From Kiritimatiellia bacterium (GTDB lineage Bacteria; Verrucomicrobiota; Kiritimatiellia; JAAZAB01): a stretch of DNA of 64,000 bases. The DNA is taken from positions 32,001 to 96,000 of the forward strand of contig JAXGPF010000012.1 in the NCBI GenBank assembly GCA_040767085.1. Reading direction: 5' to 3'. The notes under the pieces are model-generated. The model ran no database searches, was not told the DNA's origin, and saw only the letters and a list, made by a program, of their open reading frames with translations. Below, in pieces: positions 10,278-18,793 of this stretch (positions are counted from its first letter, which is position 1; the number at the start of each line of letters is the position of its first letter). The position numbers and the translations under genes are program-made.

Positions 10278-10419
10278 TTGGCTGGCGTGGCTGTGCCCGC
10301 CATAGTTCGCCGCGGCGAACGACGGCTGGGAAGGCGGCCCTCCAAGAATACAAAACTACAGGTTTTAGGAGGATTGGATTACACCCGAACCATTCTGCGC
10401 GGACTTTTGAAAGCAATTC
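10278..10419 (+). mobile_element. MITE-like dispersed repeat, copy A (left terminal repeat missing)
   Basis: Collinear with 30639-30797 (-) and 60864-61023 (+); core palindrome GTTCGCCGCGGCGAAC. Confidence 0.75.
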
Positions 10420-10679
10420 TTTTTAATGCAATAAAAAAAGTCCCGGATTGCGCAAGATTTGCGGTATGCTAATATCTTGAAGCCCATGCATGGCTCGGTG
10501 CGTATCCGCGCAGACACCCTGCACAAATCTTGTGCGTGTAAAATTTCAGGCCAATAAACCTAAATACGGCAGTTGGTAAGTTTGCCGCGGATGCGCGGCG
10601 GCAAGGGTGACGGTGTATTAATATACTCCGAACCCTTGCCAACAAAGCAGATGCGGCAAAATCGCCAACCATTTTCCGG

Positions 10680-10777
10680 TTTGAAATTCAAAAATTTTCT
10701 CATACCCGAAAGGTGTTTGCGACAGAAATCCAATCTGCCATGTTTTCAATTGCTTACGTCAATTTTTGAATTTCAAA
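10680..10777. promoter_or_regulatory. Perfect 17-bp inverted repeat, candidate operator pair
   Basis: TTTGAAATTCAAAAATT (10680-10696) and AATTTTTGAATTTCAAA (10761-10777), upstream of a membrane-HTH gene. Confidence 0.5.
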
Positions 10778-10815
10778 TGCCGGATTTAGGATAAACCTAA
10801 TTGGAGGTGAACATC

Positions 10816-11475
10816 ATGTCTGATCAACAACCTGCGCCGGCGCCGTGTGCGCCGGGTGAACGGCCGCCTTTTAATGAGATTTCGGTGTTGTTTCCCATCC
10901 TCACGTTATGCACCGTGGCATACCTGGCCATGATCACGGCTGAATTTTTCCTGCAAGGCAGCTTGCGGGTGCCCGCCCAGATGTTGCCGGTATACATTGC
11001 TCTGCTGGGAGCTTATGCGGCGGACAAGGAAATCCGGCGTTGGGTGGGCGTGCCGGAGCCGTCCCGGCATGGATCGCTGTTTGTCTATGCCTGGCTGCTG
11101 CTGTTCCTGGTCATGATAGTGATCCATTTCTTCCGGAGCGAATTACCCTTGCCCGACGATTTGACCAGGGTGGTTTTGCAGGTGCTGGGAATTTTCTTCG
11201 GATCCAAGGCGTCGAAATATGTCCATGTCAAACGCCAGGATGCCGCGGCGTCCGAGACGGAAATCGAATTGACGCGCAGGCAGACACTCTTGATGGAACA
11301 TTTACGGGCGAAGGGGACCTTAACTTGTTCCGATGCCGTGGCGCTGTTGGGAGTGTCAAAGAGCGCCGCCAAGCGATTGTTGACGCGCATGCAGGAGCAA
11401 GGGCTGATTCGGCTGGAGGGCGAAGGCCGCGGCGCTCATTATGTCGCGGTGCATCCTGTTGACGCTCGCTCCTGA
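10816..11475 (+). CDS. Membrane protein (about 4 TM) with C-terminal winged HTH
   Basis: GGAGGTGA RBS; four hydrophobic segments; LTCSDAVALLGVSKSAAKRLLTRMQEQGLIRLEGEGRGAHY. Confidence 0.75.
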   Translation: MSDQQPAPAPCAPGERPPFNEISVLFPILTLCTVAYLAMITAEFFLQGSLRVPAQMLPVYIALLGAYAADKEIRRWVGVPEPSRHGSLFVYAWLLLFLVMIVIHFFRSELPLPDDLTRVVLQVLGIFFGSKASKYVHVKRQDAAASETEIELTRRQTLLMEHLRAKGTLTCSDAVALLGVSKSAAKRLLTRMQEQGLIRLEGEGRGAHYVAVHPVDARS

Positions 11476-11494
11476 AAAAACGGCTCGGCTAGTT

Positions 11495-11572
11495 GAGCCG
11501 TTTCGGGCCATTGATTGGGCCGTTTCGGGCCGATACGGGCCGTTTCCTGGGCCGTATCGGGCCATTTGGGCT
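11495..11572. repeat. Phased G(G/A)GCC pentamer array
   Basis: Pentamers at 11495, 11505, 11517, 11527, 11537, 11549, 11559, 11568 (last is GGGCT). Confidence 0.75.
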
Positions 11573-11597
11573 ATTAAGCGTGTCGCAATGCCGACTG

Positions 11598-11825
11598 TCA
11601 TGAAAATGGGGCGGCGGCTTTTGACGGCTCCGTGGCAGGCACAGGCTGGTTGGCGGCTTTGTTGGCGTCCAGTCTGGCTTGGATGTCCGGCACCAGCTCA
11701 CGGATTTTCTTGGTGGTGCTGCCGGAGACATTGCCCTCGCCTCCCATGGCTTTCCAAATTCCACTAACGCTGGTGGCTCCCTGGGCGATGGCGGACTCTA
11801 CTGCTTCCTTCGTGATGATGTTCAT
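11598..11825 (-). CDS. Small hypothetical protein, possibly HTH-like and truncated
   Basis: AAGGGGG RBS; amphipathic helices (AIAQGATSVSGIWKAMG...VSGSTTKKIRELVP). Confidence 0.55.
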   Translation of the reverse strand: MNIITKEAVESAIAQGATSVSGIWKAMGGEGNVSGSTTKKIRELVPDIQARLDANKAANQPVPATEPSKAAAPFS

Positions 11826-12363
11826 TTTGACCCCCTTGAATTAGATGATATTTCTAATTTTGCGGGGGTGGTCCTACCGTGAATTTTTCCGGAAGTCAAG
11901 CTGGAACGCACGGAAAAATGCACGAATTTACAGGGGATTTCGTGAATTATTGGGGATTTTGGGGAATAATTGCTTGACTTGGTTGCGTCGGGTGGGGTAT
12001 GAATTTAAATGATTATTTATAGGAGATGTGGGGCATGATTTTGGTTGAATTGGATTAAGCCCAATATTGGTTGGGAATAATTATCCAATTGCATGGCTCA
12101 TTATTGTTATTCCGGCGTGTTTGATTATTGGATTCTATCCAGATGCACAGGCACAAATATATTATAGGTATTATTGATAAAAAAAGACAAAATACTGAAA
12201 GGTTATAATCGTGAAATATCATCATGTTCTCCAAGGGACAATTGCTCTATTACTATTGTGTCTGACGGTGATAGTGGAGTGGCAATAAATAGTATAATTA
12301 TATTCCGGCGGTATAGGATTATTGAAGAAGCCAATAATATCAACAACTATATTAAGAGGTTTT

Positions 12364-12825
12364 ATGAGAAACAATTTGTTATACATCATGACTAGTATCG
12401 TTTTGTTATTTAGCATATTATTAACTTCATGTGAAAATGATTCTAGTAATGGCAATTCTGAATCTGGTGAACGTACATATGTGTCATGGTCAAATAGCGA
12501 AAATGGCGAATGGGTGTTAGACGCCAATAATGATTTCGTAAGGTTTGATGCAGATACACGCGAGATGGTGCTTGGTGATACGGTGTGCCCATCTTTGACT
12601 CTTGGAGATGACGGCAGTATTTACCATAACGGGGCAAGAATTGGTAGAGTGGCTGGTTGGGCGAGTTCAAATGAAGGCACTGTTGTTGTAATGGCTGGAA
12701 ATAATGATAACGAACTTATTGATATATATGGGACGGCACCGAATGTGGGATGGCAATATCATAAAATATCTAATGACAGAAAACCACAGCCAACTCCATA
12801 TCCACCATATTATCCGCCATGGTAA
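12364..12825 (+). CDS. Putative lipoprotein
   Basis: AAGAGG RBS; hydrophobic signal ending in lipobox LTSC; Pro/Tyr-rich tail. Confidence 0.7.
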   Translation: MRNNLLYIMTSIVLLFSILLTSCENDSSNGNSESGERTYVSWSNSENGEWVLDANNDFVRFDADTREMVLGDTVCPSLTLGDDGSIYHNGARIGRVAGWASSNEGTVVVMAGNNDNELIDIYGTAPNVGWQYHKISNDRKPQPTPYPPYYPPW

Positions 12826-12834
12826 ACTCATTGT

Positions 12835-13308
12835 ATGGCTTATAAAAATACGGCTATTGAAGCAGCACGGGCAGTTGTTGTTGAGGACATCCATTATTGT
12901 GAACAAGCATACGTCGCCGATCCTTTGAATCAAGTAGCTCGGCGTAATTTAATAAGAGCAGAGTTTGCGTTTATAGATGCCGGGCTTCACGTTATCAAAT
13001 ATATGGGTGCCGGTGGCGATGAACACAAAATACCACAAAAGACCCCCGCTAAAGAAGGTATGATTAATGCCTATGATAATCTTGCCGATAAATTGAAGAT
13101 TCCGATAAAATTTAAAAGAAATAATGCAGGGTGGGATGCCATGACCAAGGCAATAAAAATACGTGATCGTATTACACATCCTAAAAAACCATCAGACCTC
13201 GTAATTTCAGATTCTGATATGAAGATTTTCAAAAGGGCTGTCGAATGGTTTGCAACGGCTATGGTGGAGATTAAATCTGTAGTTGAAAATAATCTTTGCA
13301 CTATTTAA
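12835..13308 (+). CDS. HEPN-like domain protein (putative RNase)
   Basis: All-helical character with RX4H motif (RDRITH) preceded by GWDAMTKAIKI and an N-terminal RRNLIRAEFAFID segment. Confidence 0.65.
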   Translation: MAYKNTAIEAARAVVVEDIHYCEQAYVADPLNQVARRNLIRAEFAFIDAGLHVIKYMGAGGDEHKIPQKTPAKEGMINAYDNLADKLKIPIKFKRNNAGWDAMTKAIKIRDRITHPKKPSDLVISDSDMKIFKRAVEWFATAMVEIKSVVENNLCTI

Positions 13309-13324
13309 AACGAAAGGGTTGTTA

Positions 13325-13981
13325 ATGGAAGACAATACCAGTGATAAAGTTCCGGAAGATGTAATTTCAAAGACGGCTTCTGGAAATATGTCCTTAGTTT
13401 ACGGTATTATTAATTGGTGCAGGAAAATATCAATTATACATCTATGTGTTATTATAGCGACGTTAACAGGTGTAGGGTTCTTGGCGTTATTTGCATGGAA
13501 GTTAAAAATCGAGCATCCATTGTTATGGGCGAAAAGATCTATTGGAATTCATCAGGCATGGGAAGGCGTTCATGGAATAATTATTATTTATCGGACTGAT
13601 ATTCTTGTTGATCAATCAGGAAGAAAATCAGTTGTTTGCAAAGTGTTGGCAAAATTTGAAAATTTAGAAGAAGATTCTATTCTAACTATTGACAAAATAG
13701 TTTTGGAATTTTATGCCAAGGACGTTAAAGAGGATAAATTAGATATTTATCATGATAATAGCTTGTGCTATTATTATAATTATGGAAATGCAAAATTGTT
13801 TTTGTGGGATACCGAAATAGATATATCACAAAAAATGGGTGACAGGAATAAATCTGGTGATATACGTGGATGTTATACAATCGTCATGCCTGTAGATTAT
13901 TTTATAAAAACTGAAAATATGTTCGTTAAAATATTTGGATCTCATCAAAATATCAAACCTGTCGAACAAATAACTGAATAG
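13325..13981 (+). CDS. Hypothetical single-TM protein
   Basis: Long ORF in AT-rich DNA; TM segment IIHLCVIIATLTGVGFLALFAW. Confidence 0.55.
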   Translation: MEDNTSDKVPEDVISKTASGNMSLVYGIINWCRKISIIHLCVIIATLTGVGFLALFAWKLKIEHPLLWAKRSIGIHQAWEGVHGIIIIYRTDILVDQSGRKSVVCKVLAKFENLEEDSILTIDKIVLEFYAKDVKEDKLDIYHDNSLCYYYNYGNAKLFLWDTEIDISQKMGDRNKSGDIRGCYTIVMPVDYFIKTENMFVKIFGSHQNIKPVEQITE

Positions 13982-14042
13982 ACTGTATTTTTACCTTGCA
14001 TTTATGGTAATCAATATTACCACAAAGCACAGGAGCAACAAT

Positions 14043-14375
14043 ATGAACAATAATCCCCACTTAAAAAATGAGCATAGTATAAAATGGCTCAAATATCCAC
14101 ATAAATATCCTTATCTTCGCGAGGGTACAGCAATGGTGTCCAGAAAAGATGTTTGGCTGAAGAAATATTACAATAAAAATGGCACCCTTATTGGCTTTGC
14201 TATTCTTAAGCCGGAAACCAAAGCCATAAAAGCATATTATTACAGAAGATACTGGTGGATTAAGGACCGCACTGGTGAAACGGCTTGTGATCCATACGTT
14301 AGCGGTTACCCTGGCTAAGCGGTTAAACCATCAACCATTGCTGTTGGCACCAAATCGGAACGTGGCAGAGAATAA
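14043..14375 (+). pseudogene. DUF6009-like gene interrupted by in-frame TAA at 14316-14318
   Basis: AGGAG RBS; motifs IKWL..YPYLRE, LIGFA, RRYWW; readthrough gives YPG*AVKPSTI, resembling the recalled family motif P-x-E-A-V-x-P-x-T. Confidence 0.55.
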
Positions 14376-14416
14376 ATATATTGTGGTTTATTTAAAATTG
14401 TCTTAGACGGGTGGGT

Positions 14417-14908
14417 ATGTTGTTTTTCAAAACATTTAACATAAGTCCGAAAATAATATTGGCTCTGTGTTGCACGGTAGCATGGACCTCTGCAACCTAT
14501 GGTCAATTGGATAAATCTGAGGAGTATTTCCAGACTCTTTATGGCAAACCCAAACACATTGAGCAAGAAAGCGACGGATCAAAAATATTATTTTACATCG
14601 ATGATTCTTACATCATTACGGTCAGATTTATTAGGGGGACATCTGTCTTGATCGCGTATGAAAAGATCGATGGAAATAAGGGGACACAAGAACAGGTAGA
14701 TTTGACGGATGGGGATATCAAAAGATTCTTGGAAGAGTATAGAGATGGACAACAGTGGAAGCCTGTTAAAGTACCCAGCTCAAGATATGTAACAGGGGCT
14801 TCAAAGATGTGGAAACGCTGTGATGAGAAACTCGTTGCAAATTATCAGTCTGAAACAAAACTTCTTTATTTAGCCACGCCTGATTATCTTAACAAACAGG
14901 AAGAATGA
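14417..14908 (+). CDS. Hypothetical secreted protein
   Basis: Signal-peptide-like N-terminus, then LDKSEEYFQTLYGKP. Confidence 0.6.
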   Translation: MLFFKTFNISPKIILALCCTVAWTSATYGQLDKSEEYFQTLYGKPKHIEQESDGSKILFYIDDSYIITVRFIRGTSVLIAYEKIDGNKGTQEQVDLTDGDIKRFLEEYRDGQQWKPVKVPSSRYVTGASKMWKRCDEKLVANYQSETKLLYLATPDYLNKQEE

Positions 14909-15085
14909 AAACGCATCATTGAAGGGCGTGGGAATAAGCTGCTATATTTAGGCAGGATTGCGAACCCAAAATGGGGAAAACGGCAGAGTGGGCAAGCAAA
15001 AATCCAAGAGGGACAGCGTGATGGGATGCGCCTTGCCAACCCCAAAAAAATGACATCAATTCCATTGCCCCCACGATCACCCCAC

Positions 15086-15141
15086 GAGCACATTTTTGAG
15101 CACGACTGACCACTTTTGAGCAAAATTGAGCACATTGACCA
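15086..15141. repeat. Phased GA(G/C)CA pentamer array
   Basis: Pentamers at 15086, 15098, 15108, 15118, 15128, 15137. Confidence 0.7.
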
Positions 15142-15244
15142 AGCCCGCCCAGGCAAAAAACGGCTAAAAATATTACTGGACAATGGGCTGTTTACGCTCC
15201 AATCATGCTGAAAACATTGGCATTTCCCAACAAAAACAATGGAT

Positions 15245-15273
15245 TTGACATGCCCGGCGAAAAAAAGTAGGCT
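15245..15273 (+). promoter_or_regulatory. sigma70-type promoter of tRNA-Val
   Basis: TTGACA-17 bp-TAGGCT, 15 bp before the tRNA. Confidence 0.7.
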
Positions 15274-15288
15274 GTTGTTTGTTTTTCC

Positions 15289-15365
15289 GGGCGATTAGCT
15301 CAGTTGGTTAGAGCACTACCTTGACATGGTAGGGGTCACAGGTTCGAGTCCTGTATCGCCCACCA
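15289..15365 (+). tRNA. tRNA-Val(GAC)
   Basis: Acceptor GGGCGAT/ATCGCCC, anticodon arm CTACC-TTGACAT-GGTAG, T loop GGTTCGAGTCC, encoded CCA. Confidence 0.97.
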
Positions 15366-15390
15366 GCCTTCGCCCGTCAATTGGTGCGGC

Positions 15391-16410
15391 ATGATTATCA
15401 GGACTTATGCGTATCCGCGGGCGGGATTGGTCGGCAATCCCTCCGACGGGTATTTCGGCAAGACCATCTCGTTCGTCTTCAGCAACTTCCGGGCGGAAGT
15501 GACGCTATACGAGTCGCCGGAACTGGAAATCCTGGCCAATACCCGCGATCATTCCCGCTTTAAAAATATCGGGCATCTGGCGGAAGATGTGCGCCATTTC
15601 GGCTACTACGGCGGCATCCGGCTGCTCAAGGCCACCATGAAGCGGTTTCACGACTACTGCGTGGAAGCCGGGATCAAGTTGCCCAACCGTAATTTCACCG
15701 TCAGTTACCACACCAATATCCCTTCGCAGGTGGGGTTGGCCGGTTCCAGCGCCATCATCACTGCCTGCCTGCGGGCTTTGATGCGGTATTACGAGGTTAA
15801 AATACCGCTGCCCATCCAGCCTAACCTGGCGCTTTCCGTGGAAAACCGCGAACTGGGCATCTCCGCCGGGTTGCAGGACCGGGTCGTGCAGGCATACGAA
15901 GGCCTGGTTTACATGGATTTTGACCGCGGCCATATGGAGCAGCACGGTTATGGCCGCTACGAGCGTCTCGATCCGGCTGCTTTGCCGCTCTTGTATATTG
16001 CCTATCGCGACGATTTGTCAGAAGGCTCGGAAGTGTTCCACAATGATATCCGGGGCCGGTTCGAACGCGGGGAGCCGGAAGTGCTCGACGCGATGCGTTT
16101 CTGGGCGGATTTGACCGACCGGGTCAAGGCACGCTTGCTGGAGGGCCGGGGCGCCGACATCGGGCCGCTGCTGGACGCTAATTTCGACCGGCGCTGTAAA
16201 ATTTATAAAATCAGCCCCGGCAATCTCAAGATGGTCGAAGTTGCCCGGACCGTCGGCGCCAGCGCCAAGTTTTCCGGCTCCGGCGGCGCGATTGTCGGGA
16301 CTTATACGGATGAAGGCATGTTCGCGCGGCTGCGCGCGGTGCTGGCGCCCATGAACGTGAAAATTTTTAAGCCGGCGCTTAAACTGCCGGATTCGGAGGA
16401 GGCCTTATGA
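15391..16410 (+). CDS. GHMP kinase, glucuronokinase-like
   Basis: RAGLVGNPSDGYFGKTIS, IPSQVGLAGSSAII, AGLQDRVVQAYEGLVYMDF, KFSGSGGA match the plant-type glucuronokinase pattern. Confidence 0.8.
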   Translation: MIIRTYAYPRAGLVGNPSDGYFGKTISFVFSNFRAEVTLYESPELEILANTRDHSRFKNIGHLAEDVRHFGYYGGIRLLKATMKRFHDYCVEAGIKLPNRNFTVSYHTNIPSQVGLAGSSAIITACLRALMRYYEVKIPLPIQPNLALSVENRELGISAGLQDRVVQAYEGLVYMDFDRGHMEQHGYGRYERLDPAALPLLYIAYRDDLSEGSEVFHNDIRGRFERGEPEVLDAMRFWADLTDRVKARLLEGRGADIGPLLDANFDRRCKIYKISPGNLKMVEVARTVGASAKFSGSGGAIVGTYTDEGMFARLRAVLAPMNVKIFKPALKLPDSEEAL

Positions 16411-17267
16411 TTCGTAAAGCTGTCATTCCCGCGGCCGGTTTCGGCACGCGTTTTCTGCCCGCCTCGAAATCGCAGCCCAAGGAAATGCTGCCGATTGTGG
16501 ACACGCCCACCATCCAGTACGTGGTGGAGGAGGCCGTGGAAGCCGGCATTACCGATATCCTGATGATCATCGGCAAGGGCAAGCGCGCCATCGAGGAGCA
16601 TTTTGACCGGCATTTCGACCTGGAGCAGGAGTTGGAAGCCAAAGGCAAGACCGCGGAGCTGGAGGCCATCCGCCGCATATCGGAACTGGCGAATGTGCAT
16701 TTCGTCTGGCAAAAGGAACTGAACGGACTGGGCGATGCGGTTTCCTACGCCCAATGCCATATCGGCAACGAGCCGTTCGCCCTGCTGCTGGGCGACACGA
16801 TCGTAGATTCCGATACGCCGGTAACGGCGCAATTGATCAAGATTTTCGACCGTTACCAGGAGTCAGTGGTGGCGCTGGAAGAGGTAGAGCGCGCGCGCGT
16901 CAGCCGTTATGGCGTCATGGCCGGCCGCCCGATTTCCGAGAATCTCTACATGATCGAAGATTTCATCGAAAAACCGACGGTGGAAGAGGCGCCGTCCAAC
17001 CTGGCGATCGCCGGGCGTTATATTTTTACCCCGGGCATTTTCGACGCGCTTTCCCGGATTGCCGCCGGTAAAAACAACGAAATCCAGCTCACCGACGCCA
17101 TGCGCCTGATGGTGAAAACCCGCGCCATGTTCGGCTGGCGGTTTCAGGGCGCGCGGTATGACATCGGCAATAAGCTCGACTTCATCAAGACCAACATCGT
17201 TTTCGCCCTGAAACGACCGGATATGCGCGATGAGCTGCGCGATTTTCTGCGCACCTTGCCGGAATGA
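16407..17267 (+). CDS. galU: UTP-glucose-1-phosphate uridylyltransferase
   Basis: KAVIPAAGFGTRFLPASKSQPKEMLPIVD, EKP, EIQLTDA. Confidence 0.92.
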   Translation: MIRKAVIPAAGFGTRFLPASKSQPKEMLPIVDTPTIQYVVEEAVEAGITDILMIIGKGKRAIEEHFDRHFDLEQELEAKGKTAELEAIRRISELANVHFVWQKELNGLGDAVSYAQCHIGNEPFALLLGDTIVDSDTPVTAQLIKIFDRYQESVVALEEVERARVSRYGVMAGRPISENLYMIEDFIEKPTVEEAPSNLAIAGRYIFTPGIFDALSRIAAGKNNEIQLTDAMRLMVKTRAMFGWRFQGARYDIGNKLDFIKTNIVFALKRPDMRDELRDFLRTLPE

Positions 17268-17274
17268 TCCCGGG

Positions 17275-17605
17275 ACGCGGCGCATCCGCCTGCGCCTGGC
17301 TTCGGTACGGCACGCCCGCGGCTTGTCCTGCGTAGGGCTACGTCATTTTGGGAAAGGCGGCTCCGTCGGAGACGTCGCCCTACCATTTAATAAGTATATG
17401 CCACGGGTAGGGCGAGACCTCCGGGCGAGCCGTCCGTGCGCGGCTCCGTCGGAGACGTCGCCCTACCTTCACAGATTTCCCAGGTGGGGCGAGCTCTCCC
17501 TGCGGGCTACGTCCGGCTTTGACGGACTTCGCTGCAGCTTCGGCGGACACGGCCACTACTTGTCCTGCGTAGTCTGACGAAGAAGGACGTGGCGCATCCG
17601 GACAC
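17275..17605. repeat. Modular REP-like repeat cluster with two REP pairs
   Basis: CGGCTCCGTCGGAGACGTCGCCCTACC twice, GGTAGGGCGAGACCTCCGGGCGAGCCG, CGTAGTCTGACGAAG module. Confidence 0.85.
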
Positions 17606-17625
17606 AACTGGCGCTAATTTCTAGT

Positions 17626-17653
17626 TTGACCCGGACGCGTTTTGCCATACAAT
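17626..17653 (+). promoter_or_regulatory. Candidate sigma70 promoter of the polyol operon
   Basis: TTGACC-16 bp-TACAAT. Confidence 0.45.
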
Positions 17654-17746
17654 GGCCATGACTCGGATTTGTGCCGGCCCGGCCGGCGCAGGCCATTGAT
17701 CAAAACCCGCGGTCCGGCCGTCCCGCGGTTAATGTAAAGGAGCGCT

Positions 17747-18793
17747 ATGCAAGCAGCCGTCATCGAGAAACCCGGCGTGATCCTGGTTAAGGAAGTGCCC
17801 CAGCCGCGCGCGGGCGCGGGGGAAGTGTTGTTGAAAGTCGAAGCCTGCGCGCTCTGCGGCACCGATCAGCGCGTGCTGGCGGGCGAGAAGCACGTGGATG
17901 TGCCGGTCGTGGGCCACGAAATCACCGGGCGGGTGGCGGAAGTCGGGCCGGGCGTCAAGGGCGTCAAAGTTGGCGAGCGCTACGTGGTGCAGACGGTGAT
18001 CGGCTGCGGGGAGTGCCCCATGTGCAAGGAGCACCGCGAGAATCTCTGCGAAAAGGGATTTATCGCCATGGGTTACCAGTTTAACGGCGGGTTTGCGGAA
18101 TACACCCTGATGCCGCGCGTAGCGGTGGAGCAGGGCTGCCTGATCCCCGTGCCCGAGGAAATTGATGCCGGCGTGGCCACCCTGATCGAGCCTTTAAGCT
18201 GCTGCGTTAACGGTATGGCTTACATCCCGATGGAGCAGATCGGGCATATCGTGGTTTTCGGCGGCGGCATCATCGGCGTGATGAACGCCCTCGTGGCGCG
18301 CGCGCGCGGCGCCAGGACCGTCACCATCATGGATGTCTCCGCCGCCCGGCTGGAACTGTTGCGTAAATTGAAACTGCCTTTCGACAACCTGGTGGATACC
18401 TCCAAGGTCAAGCCGGAGGAGTGGGTGGCGCAGGCCACCGGCGGCCGCGGCGTGGATGCGGTGGTCGTGGCGGCTTCGGTTAAAAGCCTGGTGGGTGTGG
18501 GCCTGGGGCTGCTGCGGCGCGCCGGGCATCTCTCCATTTTTGCCGGCATGCCCAAGTCCGATCCGGTGCTGCCGCTGGACTTGAACCGCATCCATTACTA
18601 TGAAATCAACGTGCATGGCGCCAACAGTTCCGCCCAGCGTTCCTACCTGGCCGCGCGCGACATGCTGGTTTCCGGGCGGATCGACGGCCGTCCGCTGGTC
18701 ACCCACCGCTTCCCGCTGGCGCGGTTTAACGAAGCCGTCAGCGTGCAGAGCAATCCTGCCAGCGGTTCGTTGAAAGTCGTGGTGATCCCATGA
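17747..18793 (+). CDS. Zn-dependent polyol/alcohol dehydrogenase (MDR family)
   Basis: CGTD, GHE, CGECPMC...C structural Zn site, GGGIIG. Confidence 0.9.
   Translation: MQAAVIEKPGVILVKEVPQPRAGAGEVLLKVEACALCGTDQRVLAGEKHVDVPVVGHEITGRVAEVGPGVKGVKVGERYVVQTVIGCGECPMCKEHRENLCEKGFIAMGYQFNGGFAEYTLMPRVAVEQGCLIPVPEEIDAGVATLIEPLSCCVNGMAYIPMEQIGHIVVFGGGIIGVMNALVARARGARTVTIMDVSAARLELLRKLKLPFDNLVDTSKVKPEEWVAQATGGRGVDAVVVAASVKSLVGVGLGLLRRAGHLSIFAGMPKSDPVLPLDLNRIHYYEINVHGANSSAQRSYLAARDMLVSGRIDGRPLVTHRFPLARFNEAVSVQSNPASGSLKVVVIP

Larger units (their letters stand above)
11830..15240. mobile_element. AT-rich horizontally acquired block; no integrase visible
   Basis: Abrupt compositional shift against GC-rich flanks; co-oriented orphan ORFs; adjacent to a tRNA. 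Confidence 0.75.

Noticed and set aside
11999-12320. Gene at the start of the AT-rich block, possibly with TGA recoding
   Set aside because: Only short broken frames; neighbouring island genes use TGG for Trp and TGA as a stop, so decay is more likely than an alternative code
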